A stretch of 14,703 nucleotides of DNA. Source: a virus. Taxonomy: Duplodnaviria > Heunggongvirae > Uroviricota > Caudoviricetes. The position numbers and the translations under genes are program-made. Shown in pieces: positions 1 to 7,528 of the stretch. The notes beneath the pieces are model-generated. The model ran no database searches. It was not told where the DNA came from and worked only from the letters and a program-made list of their open reading frames with translations. How positions within the stretch are numbered: position 1 is the stretch's first letter; each line of letters opens with the position of its first letter. The DNA is taken from IMG/VR virus record IMGVR_UViG_2529292910_000005; one strand, 5' to 3'.

Positions 1-657
1 TTATTTGATTTCAATTTTGTCCCACTCCCTGCCTCTGTCATCACGATACTGTGATGCCATGGTGTCCGACTTATGCCCGAGAAGATGTTGAGCAAATTTA
101 TCGCTTATCTGCTTCTCATAGAGTCTTGCAGACAAACTGCGCAACTCGTGAAAGGTTGGCGGATCCCCTTCGAAGGAGAGACCTGATGCTTTTCGTGCGC
201 GCATAAAATACCTTGATACTGTGCCGGATGAAAGCGGTTCACGACGAGTAGATGCAATTATGGTTTCTCCGCCAAGAATCTTTTTGCATTTATCAAGTGT
301 TTCCTTCATTGATATCCCGAGAGCATCAACATGCAATGTTGTTGGGATGGCAATTTTTACGCCTGTTTTGCTTTGCTCGACATAAAGATATCCATCTACG
401 ATATCAGACCACTTCATTTCGCATAAATCACCAACTCGCTGCCCGGTAACAACAGCCAGTTCCATTGCAAGTCTAAGCCAACATGGTGATGATTCTGCTG
501 CTTGATAAATTTTCAGGTATTCGTCAGCCGTAAGTCTTGATCTCCTTACCTCTGATTTTGCAGCGCGAGTGGCTGCGACCGGGTTTGTTGTTATATGGCC
601 TTCAGCCATAGCCTCTCGGAATGCATCGCTCAGTGTTGATCTGATTAACTTGGCTGG
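1..657 (-). pseudogene. int: Lambda-type tyrosine integrase, 3' portion only (about 219 codons); N-terminal arm-binding and core-binding domains missing
   Basis: Minus-strand ORF 1..609 ends ...HLLGHKSDTMASQYRDDRGREWDKIEIK, which I recognise as the lambda Int C-terminus. Catalytic-domain motifs are present (VVTGQRVGDL, HELRSLSA, LLGHKSDTMASQY). In-frame similarity continues upstream to a TAG at 658-660. The ORF's ATG at 607-609 sits where lambda has Ile and is not the native start. Confidence 0.85.
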
Positions 658-1003
658 CTAACGTATGAAATTCTTCGTCTGTTTCTACTGGTATTGGCAC
701 AAACCTGATTCCAATTTGAGCAAGGCTATGTGCCATCTCGATAACCGGAGTAATGTCGCGTTCCGGCTGACGTTCTGCGGTGTATGCGGTATTTTCGACA
801 ATGCGCTCGGCTTCATCCTTGTCATAGATACCAGCAAATCCGAAGGCCAGACGGGCACACTGAATCATGGCTTTATGCCGTAACATCCGTTTGGGATGCG
901 ACTGCCACGGCCCCGTAATTTCTCTGCCTTCGCGGGTTTTGAATGGTTCGCGGCGGCATTCATCCATCCACTCGGTAACGCAGATCGGATGATTACCGGT
1001 TCG
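658..1003 (-). pseudogene. bet: Bet (Red-beta, RecT-family single-strand annealing protein) internal fragment, fused out of frame to int
   Basis: Minus-strand translation ...GNHPICVTEWMDECRREPFKTREGREITGPWQSHPKRMLRHKAMIQCARLAFGFAGIYDKDEAERIVENTAYTAERQPERDITPV matches the central part of lambda Bet as I recall it. A TAG at 1004-1006 lies immediately upstream and the N-terminal ~130 codons are absent. After ...DITPV the frame continues through about 90 nt of non-bet sequence (IEMAHSLAQIGIRFVPIPVETDEEFHT, possibly a diverged exo C-terminal remnant) and then into int DNA read in the wrong frame. Confidence 0.8.
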
Positions 1004-1153
1004 CTACCAGGGAAGAACGGGAAGGAAAGGTGAGCACGAATCTGATTTTCAAGGAGTGTCGCCAGAGTGCCGCGATGAAGCGGGTGTTGGCATTTTATCG
1101 CGGCAATTTTCAATAGACTATGTACATAAAAATATCATTTTTTTAATACATGT

Positions 1154-1345
1154 CTAATTATTGGACGAAATTGGTTTTTGCTTTGGTTTAGTTAGCCTAG
1201 CAATCAAGCCAGAGGCAATAATGATGATCCAAGCAATTTGATGCAATGCTACTCCAATATAAGAACCTTTATAGATAATAAAGGCATAGATCGCTAGAAA
1301 CGAAATAAATATCCATAACGAAAGTTGATAAATTTTGGCGCGCAT
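1154..1345 (-). CDS. Small hydrophobic protein (about 63 aa from the ATG, two predicted transmembrane helices, basic C-terminal tail); function unknown
   Basis: ORF track 1154..1360 (TTG at 1358-1360; first ATG gives MRAKIYQLSLWIFISFLAIYAFIIYKGSYIGVALHQIAWIIIIASGLIARLTKPKQKPISSNN). Two long hydrophobic stretches. Lies in an AT-rich block. No convincing Shine-Dalgarno seen, so coding status is uncertain. Confidence 0.35.
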   Translation of the reverse strand: MRAKIYQLSLWIFISFLAIYAFIIYKGSYIGVALHQIAWIIIIASGLIARLTKPKQKPISSNN

Positions 1346-1566
1346 ATTTAATCCAATCAATCAGAAAGACGAGTAATCATAGAGGTACTATCACCCGGGT
1401 AACTATTGCTATTATGAACGGATAGGATAGAGGCTTCAATAACATATGCATCAAGTATGATGGAATATGTAGGTGAAAATGACTTGTGTCAAATTTGTGG
1501 AAATGAGTACCATGTTTCTCTGAAATTGATGTCGTTAATGGCTAGTGATAGTGAACTTTTTTACTT

Positions 1567-1572
1567 TATAAT
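1567..1572 (+). promoter_or_regulatory. Consensus -10 hexamer TATAAT about 30 nt upstream of the lipoprotein start codon; putative promoter of the lipoprotein operon
   Basis: TATAAT at 1567-1572. The -35 region is poor (AGTGAT/GTGATA around 1544-1550). An AAGG Shine-Dalgarno sits at 1591-1594 before ATG 1602. Confidence 0.3.
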
Positions 1573-1604
1573 TCCTTTGGTTATAACAATAAGGTAAATT
1601 TATG

Positions 1605-1613
1605 AAGAAGATA
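1605..1613. repeat. Left copy of the 9-bp IS1 target-site duplication AAGAAGATA
   Basis: Identical 9-mer directly flanks both ends of IS1 copy 1 (1605-1613 and 2384-2392). Confidence 0.9.
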
Positions 1614-1668
1614 GGTGATGCTGCCAACTTACTGATTTAGTGTATGATGGTGTTTTTGAGGTGCTCCA

Positions 1669-1944
1669 GTGGCTTCTGTTTCTATCAGCTGTCCCTCCTG
1701 TTCAGCTACTGACGGGGTGGTGCGTAACGGCAAAAGCACTGCCGGACATCAGCGCTATCTCTGCTCTCACTGCCGTAAAACATGGCAACTGCAGTTCACT
1801 TACACCGCTTCTCAACCCGGTACGCACCAGAAAATCATTGATATGGCCATGAATGGCGTTGGATGCCGGGCAACCGCCCGCATTATGGGCGTTGGCCTCA
1901 ACACGATTTTCCGCCATTTAAAAAACTCAGGCCGCAGTCGGTAA
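1669..1944 (+). CDS. insA: IS1 InsA (transposition inhibitor / DNA-binding N-terminal part of the InsAB' transposase), 91 aa
   Basis: Translation [40 protein letters not shown]... is the IS1 InsA sequence as I recall it. The A6C frameshift motif (AAAAAAC) lies at 1920-1926 near its 3' end. Confidence 0.9.
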   Translation: MASVSISCPSCSATDGVVRNGKSTAGHQRYLCSHCRKTWQLQFTYTASQPGTHQKIIDMAMNGVGCRATARIMGVGLNTIFRHLKNSGRSR

Positions 1945-2368
1945 CCTCGCGCATACAGCCGGGCAGTGACGTCATCGTCTGCGCGGAAATGGACGAACAG
2001 TGGGGATACGTCGGGGCTAAATCGCGCCAGCGCTGGCTGTTTTACGCGTATGACAGGCTCCGGAAGACGGTTGTTGCGCACGTATTCGGTGAACGCACTA
2101 TGGCGACGCTGGGGCGTCTTATGAGCCTGCTGTCACCCTTTGACGTGGTGATATGGATGACGGATGGCTGGCCGCTGTATGAATCCCGCCTAGAAGGGAA
2201 AGCTGCGACGTAATCAGCAAGCGATATACGCAGCGAATTGAGCGGCATAACCTGAATCTGAGGCAGCACCTGGCACGGCTGGGACGGAAGTCGCTGTCGT
2301 TCTCAAAATCGGTGGAGCTGCATGACAAAGTCATCGGGCATTATCTGAACATAAAACACTATCAATAA
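1863..2368 (+). pseudogene. insB: IS1 insB reading frame, disrupted by two single-nucleotide insertions (extra A near 2192, extra G near 2207)
   Basis: The frame reads ...[16 protein letters not shown] then stop at 2214-2216. IS1 copy 2 in this window reads ...[30 protein letters not shown]...HYQ. Copy 1 has CGCCTAGAAGGG / GCTGCGACG where copy 2 has CGCCTGAAGGG / GCTGCACG. Confidence 0.8.
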
Positions 2369-2383
2369 GTTGGAGTCATTACC

Positions 2384-2392
2384 AAGAAGATA
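2384..2392. repeat. Right copy of the 9-bp IS1 target-site duplication AAGAAGATA
   Basis: See left copy at 1605-1613. Confidence 0.9.
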
Positions 2393-2937
2393 ATATTATT
2401 AGCCATGATTATTGGTTCTTTAACAGGTTGCGCTAGTGTGCCACCATTGAATTTTTCAACACCTAACGTGGGAGTTAGCCAGAAAAAAATAGATGCTGAA
2501 ATTAAGTCATTAACGGTATCACTTGCTCGTCCAGATGAGCAGAAAGGGGATATCACTGCTGGTATGGAGGCTATAACTCCAATTTGGCGTGAATCTTTGC
2601 AGGAAGCACTCGACCGAATGACTATTTTTCGTGATAGTTCACCAAATACGGTTAGCTTAAATGTTAAAGTGTTGGCTCTTGACGTTCCTGCTTTTGGTGT
2701 TTCAATGACAACTAAAGCAATTGCAAGGTATGAAATAATCAACCGTGCGAATGGTGATATTATATATACGCAGGATATTGAGTCTACCGGTACTGTTCCA
2801 GCCAGTTACGCATTCTACGGTATTGTTCGAGCACGCGAATCTGTTAATCGCGCGGTGCAAAACAACATAACGCAGTTCTTGCAAGCATTAGAAAGTGTTG
2901 ATCTTTCTCGTCCAATGTTTCCTGTTAGGGTAGCTAA

Positions 2938-3390
2938 ATGAAGCGATTATTCGTAATTGCTCCACTCTTAGTGTTGGTTGGATGCGCACAAAATATATCG
3001 CCAAATAGTTATTCTGTTGGCTCTGTGGGCATGGTTAATCGAACTATCGCTGGTACAGTTATTAGTGCTAGGGGGGTTGATATCAGTGGGACTTCCGCGT
3101 TAGGCGGGACTGCTGGGGCTGCCGTGGGGGCAACCGCTGGTTCTGCGCTTGGTGGGGGAGTTCGTTCTAATATCGTTGGTGCCGTTGGTGGTGCAGTCAT
3201 TGGTGGTATTGCCGGGGCAGCAATCGAATCTTCAGCAACAAAACAAACAGGCATGGAATATGTTGTCGAAACTGAGAATGGGAATTTAATGACCATTGTT
3301 CAAGGCAAAGATCCGTTATTTACTCAAGGAAGTAAGGTCCTTGTTTTATACGGAAACCCTTCTCGCATAATAACAGACCCGCGTCACTAA
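2938..3390 (+). CDS. Glycine-zipper outer-membrane-type lipoprotein (SlyB/Pcp-like architecture), 150 aa
   Basis: MKRLFVIAPLLVLVGC... has a signal peptide with lipobox L-V-G-C. The central segment is a long Gly/Ala-rich run with repeated GxxxG/AxxxG spacing (GGTAGAAVGATAGSALGGGVRSNIVGAVGGAVIGGIAGAAI). Its start overlaps the upstream stop (ATGA at 2938-2941), implying an operon. Confidence 0.7.
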   Translation: MKRLFVIAPLLVLVGCAQNISPNSYSVGSVGMVNRTIAGTVISARGVDISGTSALGGTAGAAVGATAGSALGGGVRSNIVGAVGGAVIGGIAGAAIESSATKQTGMEYVVETENGNLMTIVQGKDPLFTQGSKVLVLYGNPSRIITDPRH

Positions 3391-3482
3391 CATACCTTTT
3401 GATTTTGTAAAATCAATTCGTAATAATAAAGTCATCGGAGCTTGAACAACTCCGGTGACTTCTGCGCTAAACGGGGACGTTT

Positions 3483-3584
3483 ATGCGCACATACAATCCA
3501 AACTCTCTTCTCCCTTCACAGATGCAGAAATGCACCTGCGATTTTTTGCATCCAGCGTCTGACCTCTGCGGAGGTGAAGCGTGA
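3483..3584 (+). CDS. ylcH: Small Cys-containing peptide (33 aa), YlcH-like, overlapping the ybcN start
   Basis: ATG 3483 ... TGA 3582-3584 gives [33 protein letters not shown]. Its position immediately upstream of ybcN matches my memory of DLP12 ylcH. Below the ORF-track length cutoff. Confidence 0.4.
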   Translation: MRTYNPNSLLPSQMQKCTCDFLHPASDLCGGEA

Positions 3585-4036
3585 ACCTACCACAAGATGG
3601 CATCAAACTGCATCGCGGTAACTTCACCGCTATCGGCCAGCAGATCCAGCCTTATCTGGAGGACGGAAAATGCTTTCGCATGGTGCTTAAACCGTGGCGT
3701 GAGAAACGCAGTCTTTCCCAGAATGCACTCAGCCACATGTGGTACAGCGAAATCAGTGAATACCTCATCAGCAGGGGGAAATCGTTCGCTACCGCAGCAT
3801 GGGTAAAAGATGCTCTCAAACACACATACCTCGGTTATGAAACCAAGGACCTGGTTGATGTCGTAACCGGCGAAATCACTACTATCCAGTCGTTACGCCA
3901 TACCTCCGATCTTGATACCGGAGAGATGTATATCTTCCTGTGTAAGGTTGAAGCCTGGGCGGTGAATATTGGCTGCCACCTGACTATTCCGCAGAGCTGC
4001 GAGTTCCAGCAGCTCCGCGACAAACAGGAGGCGTAA
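3581..4036 (+). CDS. ybcN: NinB-family protein (DLP12 YbcN-like), 151 aa, GTG start
   Basis: [54 protein letters not shown]... Recognised as YbcN/NinB family. GGAGG Shine-Dalgarno at 3570-3574. Confidence 0.85.
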   Translation: MNLPQDGIKLHRGNFTAIGQQIQPYLEDGKCFRMVLKPWREKRSLSQNALSHMWYSEISEYLISRGKSFATAAWVKDALKHTYLGYETKDLVDVVTGEITTIQSLRHTSDLDTGEMYIFLCKVEAWAVNIGCHLTIPQSCEFQQLRDKQEA

Positions 4037-4206
4037 TGGCTACACCGCTTATTCGTGTCATGAACGGACACATCTACAGAGTACCAAATCGTCGTAAGCG
4101 TAAACCGGAGCTGAAGCCTTCCGAAATACCAACACTGCTCGGATATACCGCCAGCCTGGTTGATAAAAAATGGTTGCGACTGGCAGCAAGGAGGAGTCAT
4201 GGCTGA
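4036..4206 (+). CDS. ninE: NinE-family small protein, 56 aa
   Basis: ATG 4036 overlaps the ybcN stop (TAATG); AGGAG at 4026-4030. Translation [56 protein letters not shown]. Below the ORF-track cutoff, so called by hand. Confidence 0.7.
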   Translation: MATPLIRVMNGHIYRVPNRRKRKPELKPSEIPTLLGYTASLVDKKWLRLAARRSHG

Positions 4207-4489
4207 TTTGAGAAAAGCAGCGCGTGGTCGGGAATGCCAGGTAAGAATCCCTGGCGTATGTAATGGCAACCCTGAAACGTCTGTACTGGCACATATCCGG
4301 CTGACTGGATTGTGCGGCACCGGTACGAAACCGCCAGACCTGATTGCCACCATTGCATGTTCTGCCTGCCACGACGAAATCGACCGCCGCACACATTTTG
4401 TCGATGCTGCATATGCAAAAGAATGCGCGCTGGAAGGTATGGCGAGAACACAGGTTATCTGGCTGAAAGAGGGGGTTATTAAGGCGTGA
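4199..4489 (+). CDS. ybcO: YbcO-family (DUF1364) Cys-rich putative nuclease, 96 aa
   Basis: Starts [35 protein letters not shown]... inside ORF 4160..4489. GGAG lies just before ATG 4199, overlapping the ninE 3' end. Confidence 0.8.
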   Translation: MADLRKAARGRECQVRIPGVCNGNPETSVLAHIRLTGLCGTGTKPPDLIATIACSACHDEIDRRTHFVDAAYAKECALEGMARTQVIWLKEGVIKA

Positions 4490-4848
4490 ATACCTACAGC
4501 ATCACATTACCCTGGCCTCCGAGCAATAATCGCTATTACCGCCATAATCGCGGGCGCACACACATCAGCGCAGAAGGGCAGGCATACCGCGATAACGTCA
4601 CCCGAATCATTAAAAACGCAATGCTGGATATCGGCCTGGCTATGCCAGTGAAAATCCGTATTGAGTGCCACATGCCGGATCGCCGTCGCCGTGACCTGGA
4701 TAATCTGCAAAAAGCCGCTTTTGACGCACTCACCAAAGCAGGTTTCTGGCTGGATGATGCTCAGGTCGTTGATTACCGCGTTGTGAAGATGCCTGTTACC
4801 AAAGGTGGGAGGCTGGAACTGACCATCACCGAAATGGGGAATGAATGA
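4486..4848 (+). CDS. rusA: RusA Holliday-junction resolvase, 120 aa, GTG start
   Basis: [38 protein letters not shown]...[31 protein letters not shown] matches RusA as I recall it. Start overlaps the ybcO stop (GTGA). Confidence 0.9.
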   Translation: MNTYSITLPWPPSNNRYYRHNRGRTHISAEGQAYRDNVTRIIKNAMLDIGLAMPVKIRIECHMPDRRRRDLDNLQKAAFDALTKAGFWLDDAQVVDYRVVKMPVTKGGRLELTITEMGNE

Positions 4849-4985
4849 TGTTTGAGTTTAATATGGCAGAACTTCTTCGCCACCGCTGGATGCGCCTGCG
4901 CTTATATCGTTTCCCCAGTTCTGTTTTGACCGATTACCGAATACTGAGGAATTACGCCAAAACCCTGACAGGAGCAGGAGTATGA
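4845..4985 (+). CDS. ylcG: YlcG-like small protein, 46 aa
   Basis: ATGATG at 4845-4850 overlaps the rusA stop. Translation [46 protein letters not shown]. Below the ORF-track cutoff. Confidence 0.5.
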   Translation: MMFEFNMAELLRHRWMRLRLYRFPSSVLTDYRILRNYAKTLTGAGV

Positions 4986-5070
4986 AGTCAGAGATAACAA
5001 TCAACTAATACTGTTTTATTGATTTTTGCTTGTAATTGGCGTTCTGGTCTGATTTTTGTGGAGTAAGTTG

Positions 5071-5454
5071 ATGCGTGATATTCAGATGGTTCTTGAGCGT
5101 TGGGGAGCGTGGGCGGCTAATAATCATGAAGATGTGACCTGGTCGTCCATTGCCGCCGGTTTTAAGGGATTAATTACTTCAAAAGTAAAATCTCGCCCGC
5201 AATGTTGTGACGATGACGCGATGATCATTTGCGGGTGCATGGCCCGTCTGAAAAAGAACAACAGCGATTTGCACGATTTATTAGTAGATTATTATGTAGT
5301 CGGTATGACATTCATGTCACTGGCAGGTAAGCATTGCTGCTCTGATGGTTATATCGGGAAAAGGTTACAGAAGGCTGAGGGTATAATTGAAGGGATGTTA
5401 ATGGCATTAGATATCCGGTTAGAGATGGATATCGTTGTTAATAACTCTAATTAA
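5071..5454 (+). CDS. quuD: Late-gene antiterminator Q (phage 82/21 type, QuuD-like), 127 aa
   Basis: [62 protein letters not shown]... GGAG at 5059-5062 before ATG 5071. The ORF track's 5056 start is an upstream TTG. Confidence 0.85.
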   Translation: MRDIQMVLERWGAWAANNHEDVTWSSIAAGFKGLITSKVKSRPQCCDDDAMIICGCMARLKKNNSDLHDLLVDYYVVGMTFMSLAGKHCCSDGYIGKRLQKAEGIIEGMLMALDIRLEMDIVVNNSN

Positions 5455-5469
5455 TATGCCAATTGTTTA

Positions 5470-5506
5470 CTAAAAATTATTAAAAATGGGGCGTTGAGAC
5501 GCCCCC
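5470..5506 (-). terminator. Intrinsic terminator on the minus strand, downstream of the porin gene
   Basis: Perfect 7-bp GC-rich stem GGGGCGT / ACGCCCC (5488-5494 / 5499-5505) with loop TGAG. On the minus strand it is followed by ATTTTTAATAATTTTT. Confidence 0.6.
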
Positions 5507-5642
5507 AAAAATAAAGGGTAATATATAACAGAAGGTTTATATAGTTAGAAGCAAGGTTGTGCTCCTAAAGGAAGTGGCTTGAGGGAGCCACTTATATGTT
5601 GGGGAGGCAAAGCCTCCCGCAACATATCTTTTAGTAATCAAA
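5470..5642 (-). ncRNA. ipeX: Structured 3' region of the porin transcript; candidate IpeX-like small RNA
   Basis: Three consecutive hairpins directly after the porin stop codon on the minus strand: about 5594-5627 (ATATGTTGGGGAGGC...GCCTCCCGCAACATAT), 5572-5593 (AAGTGGCT...AGCCACTT), and the terminator at 5488-5505. From memory, IpeX is described as derived from the nmpC 3' region in DLP12. Boundaries here are guesses. Confidence 0.3.
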
Positions 5643-6725
5643 TTAGAACTGGTAAACCATACCTACAGCAACGATATCATCGGTAGCAACGCCAGATGCT
5701 TTCGTGAAATCGCTCTTATCAATCAGGTTGATTTTGTAATCAACAAAAGTGGACATATTTTTGTTGAAGTAATAGGTTGCACCTACATCAATATATTCAA
5801 CCAGGTCCTGATCACCCCACGCACCCAAGTCTTTTCCTTTAGATTGCAGGTAAGCAACGGACGGACGCAGACCGAAGTCGAACTGATATTGTGCAACTAC
5901 TTCGAAGTTTTGTGCTTTGTTGGCAATATGGTTATTACCAAAAACAGTCATGTTCTGGGTTTCAGAATAGGTGGTAGCCAGATAGATGTTGTTCGCATCA
6001 TATTTCAGACCAGCTGCCCATACTTCAGCATTTTGACCAGATGCATTCAGGCTGTTGTTACCGTAGATAACCTGATTATTAGTGCGGTCAGATTTAGCAT
6101 AGGTTGCACCTACACCGAATCCTTCATACTCATAAGTAGTGGAGAAACCGAAACCATCACCATTAGCTTCAGTTACGTCAGTGCGGTCATTTTTACCCTG
6201 ATACTGAGCAGCAAAGTTCAGACCATCAACCAGACCAAAGAAGTCATTGTTACGATAAGTTGCAACACCTGTGGTGCGACCAGTCATGAATACATCTGTT
6301 TGGGTCCAGGTATCGCCACCGAATTCTGGCAGAACGTCGGTCCATGCACCAATATCGTATGCTACACCGTAGTTACGGCCATAATCGATGGAGCCGTAGT
6401 CACCGAATTTCAGGCCAGCGAAGGCAAGACGGGTTTTATCTTTGGAGGAACCTTGAGATTCAGCGCGGTTGCCTTTGAATTCATATTCCCACTGACCGAA
6501 ACCAGTCAGTTGATCGTTGATTTGGGTTTCACCTTTGAAGCCAAGACGGGCATAAGTAGTATCACCATCATCTGCATCATTAGAGGAGAAGTAGTGCTTA
6601 GCATTAACTTTCCCGTACAGATCCAGCTTGTTACTGTCTTTATTATAAATTTCAGCTGCCTGAGCAGACATCGCCATCAGTACTGATGCAGCTACAGCAG
6701 AAATTGCCACTGTTAATTTTTTCAT
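5643..6725 (-). CDS. nmpC: OmpC/OmpF-family general porin (NmpC / Lc type), apparently intact, about 360 aa with signal peptide [23 protein letters not shown]
   Basis: ORF 5643..6785; the likely true start is the ATG at 6723-6725 (MKKLTV...) with AAGGG upstream. Porin hallmarks: AEIYNKD mature N-terminus and C-terminal ...VGMVYQF. Unlike K-12 nmpC as I recall it, there is no IS5 interruption here. Confidence 0.9.
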   Translation of the reverse strand: MKKLTVAISAVAASVLMAMSAQAAEIYNKDSNKLDLYGKVNAKHYFSSNDADDGDTTYARLGFKGETQINDQLTGFGQWEYEFKGNRAESQGSSKDKTRLAFAGLKFGDYGSIDYGRNYGVAYDIGAWTDVLPEFGGDTWTQTDVFMTGRTTGVATYRNNDFFGLVDGLNFAAQYQGKNDRTDVTEANGDGFGFSTTYEYEGFGVGATYAKSDRTNNQVIYGNNSLNASGQNAEVWAAGLKYDANNIYLATTYSETQNMTVFGNNHIANKAQNFEVVAQYQFDFGLRPSVAYLQSKGKDLGAWGDQDLVEYIDVGATYYFNKNMSTFVDYKINLIDKSDFTKASGVATDDIVAVGMVYQF

Positions 6726-7151
6726 CGTGAGCCCTTTTTTTGAACTATTATTAAAAAATGATGTCACTGCGCGATAAATATTCATCTAATCAATGTGATT
6801 ATTTCAAGATGTAAGTTTTGGTTTCTCATTTGATTTGTGAAGTAGATCTCTATTTTTATCTGAACTTTTTCTATCGAATCCTATTCATGGCTCTTGGCTG
6901 AATAAAAATAAATCTATTAGCCAATTTATATTAATGGCTGTTATTTATAAGTGCTCTATAATTTGAAGATTCAATTTAAACCAGCTAAAAATAACGCTGG
7001 AAATTATTTGTTGGTTATTTGTTGAGATTTGCTTATGTATTTGTAGTGGTGTTTTCAATACTCGGTAGCATTCTCGCAAATATCATTTAGTGGTTTACGT
7101 ACGTAAAAAATTGGTTATGCTGTTAAGAGTGGTTACTTCGTCACACAGCTT

Positions 7152-7186
7152 AAACCCGCCGTCGAGCGGGTTTTTCCATTTTTTGA
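7152..7186 (+). terminator. Intrinsic terminator on the plus strand, about 130 nt upstream of the holin gene; candidate tR'-like late terminator
   Basis: Stem AAACCCGC / GCGGGTTT (7152-7159 / 7166-7173), loop CGTCGA, followed by TTCCATTTTTTG. Confidence 0.6.
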
Positions 7187-7312
7187 GTCTCGATATTAGC
7201 TGATAACCCAATACCTGAGTTATTCACTGACTCCGAGTCTGTTACGTTTCTGCTTTTTTGCGATACGTTGTATTCCCTCAATTTACACCCGCTTTGTCTG
7301 CGAGGTGGGGTT

Positions 7313-7528
7313 ATGAAATCCATGGATAAGTTAACAACGGGTGTCGCCTATGGCACCTCAGCAGGTAGTGCCGGTTACTGGTTTTTACAGCTGCTCGATA
7401 AAGTCACGCCCTCACAGTGGGCAGCAATAGGTGTGCTGGGTAGCCTGGTATTTGGCCTGCTGACGTACCTGACAAACCTTTATTTCAAGATTAAAGAAGA
7501 TAAGCGCAAGGCTGCGAGAGGTGAATAA
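7313..7528 (+). CDS. essD: Class II holin (S21-type pinholin) with dual-start motif MKSM, 71 aa
   Basis: [71 protein letters not shown]: two transmembrane domains and a charged C-terminus. GAGGTG before ATG 7313; a second in-frame ATG at codon 4. The ORF-track start at 7268 is a TTG. Confidence 0.9.

Larger units (their letters stand above)
1614..2383 (+). mobile_element. IS1: IS1 insertion sequence, complete copy (770 bp), with terminal inverted repeats GGTGATGCTGCCAACTTA... / ...GTTGGAGTCATTACC
   Basis: Recognisable IS1 ends and insA/insB coding. Flanked by a 9-bp direct repeat. The 3' 342 bp match the reverse complement of 14362-14703 except for two 1-nt insertions. Confidence 0.95.
1602..2941 (+). 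pseudogene. Lipoprotein precursor gene split by IS1 between codons 4 and 5 (reconstructed product about 186 aa, MKKIILLAMIIGSLTGC...)
   Basis: ATG 1602 + AAG AAG ATA (1605-1613), then IS1, then the same 9 bp (2384-2392), continuing in frame ATA TTA TTA GCC ATG ATT ATT GGT TCT TTA ACA GGT TGC. That reconstructs a signal peptide with lipobox L-T-G-C. The remaining ORF 2405..2941 (178 aa) starts MIIGSLTGC with too short an h-region to be a signal peptide on its own. Confidence 0.65.

Noticed and set aside
865-1113. 82-aa minus-strand ORF (and plus-strand 665..883, 252..449)
   Set aside because: Alternative frames over the bet and int remnants. 865..1113 starts at a TTG in unrecognised sequence and runs into bet DNA out of frame.
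1640-2334. ORFs 1640..1852, 1702..1917, 1812..2081, 2042..2269, 2119..2334 and 14411..14701
   Set aside because: All lie inside IS1 in frames other than insA/insB, or antisense to them. These are IS1 shadow ORFs, not independent genes.
2362-2884. Minus-strand ORFs 2362..2742 and 2702..2884; 3009..3296 (95 aa, Pro/Ala-rich)
   Set aside because: Antisense to the two lipoprotein genes. 3009..3296 is the complement of the Gly/Ala codon repeat region.
3040-3240. Possible tandem DNA repeat or CRISPR-like periodicity in the GGT/GCT-rich stretch
   Set aside because: The periodicity comes from Gly/Ala codon repetition inside the glycine-zipper lipoprotein gene. There are no spacer-repeat units, and no CRISPR array is present anywhere in the window.
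3835-4392. 185-aa minus-strand ORF (and 4058..4396, 4197..4451)
   Set aside because: Antisense to the tightly overlapping ybcN-ninE-ybcO block, which has recognisable products and start signals. No motifs of its own.
5594-5634. Hairpin followed by CTTTTAG, read as a plus-strand late terminator (tR') directly after Q
   Set aside because: The plus-strand U-tract is short and interrupted. The structure is better explained as part of the porin 3' element on the minus strand. Kept only as an alternative in the porin finding.
5844-6686. 280-aa plus-strand ORF
   Set aside because: Lies entirely antisense to the porin gene. The translation is low-complexity (Ile/Thr/Val/Phe-rich) with no start context, as expected for the complement of a beta-barrel coding sequence.
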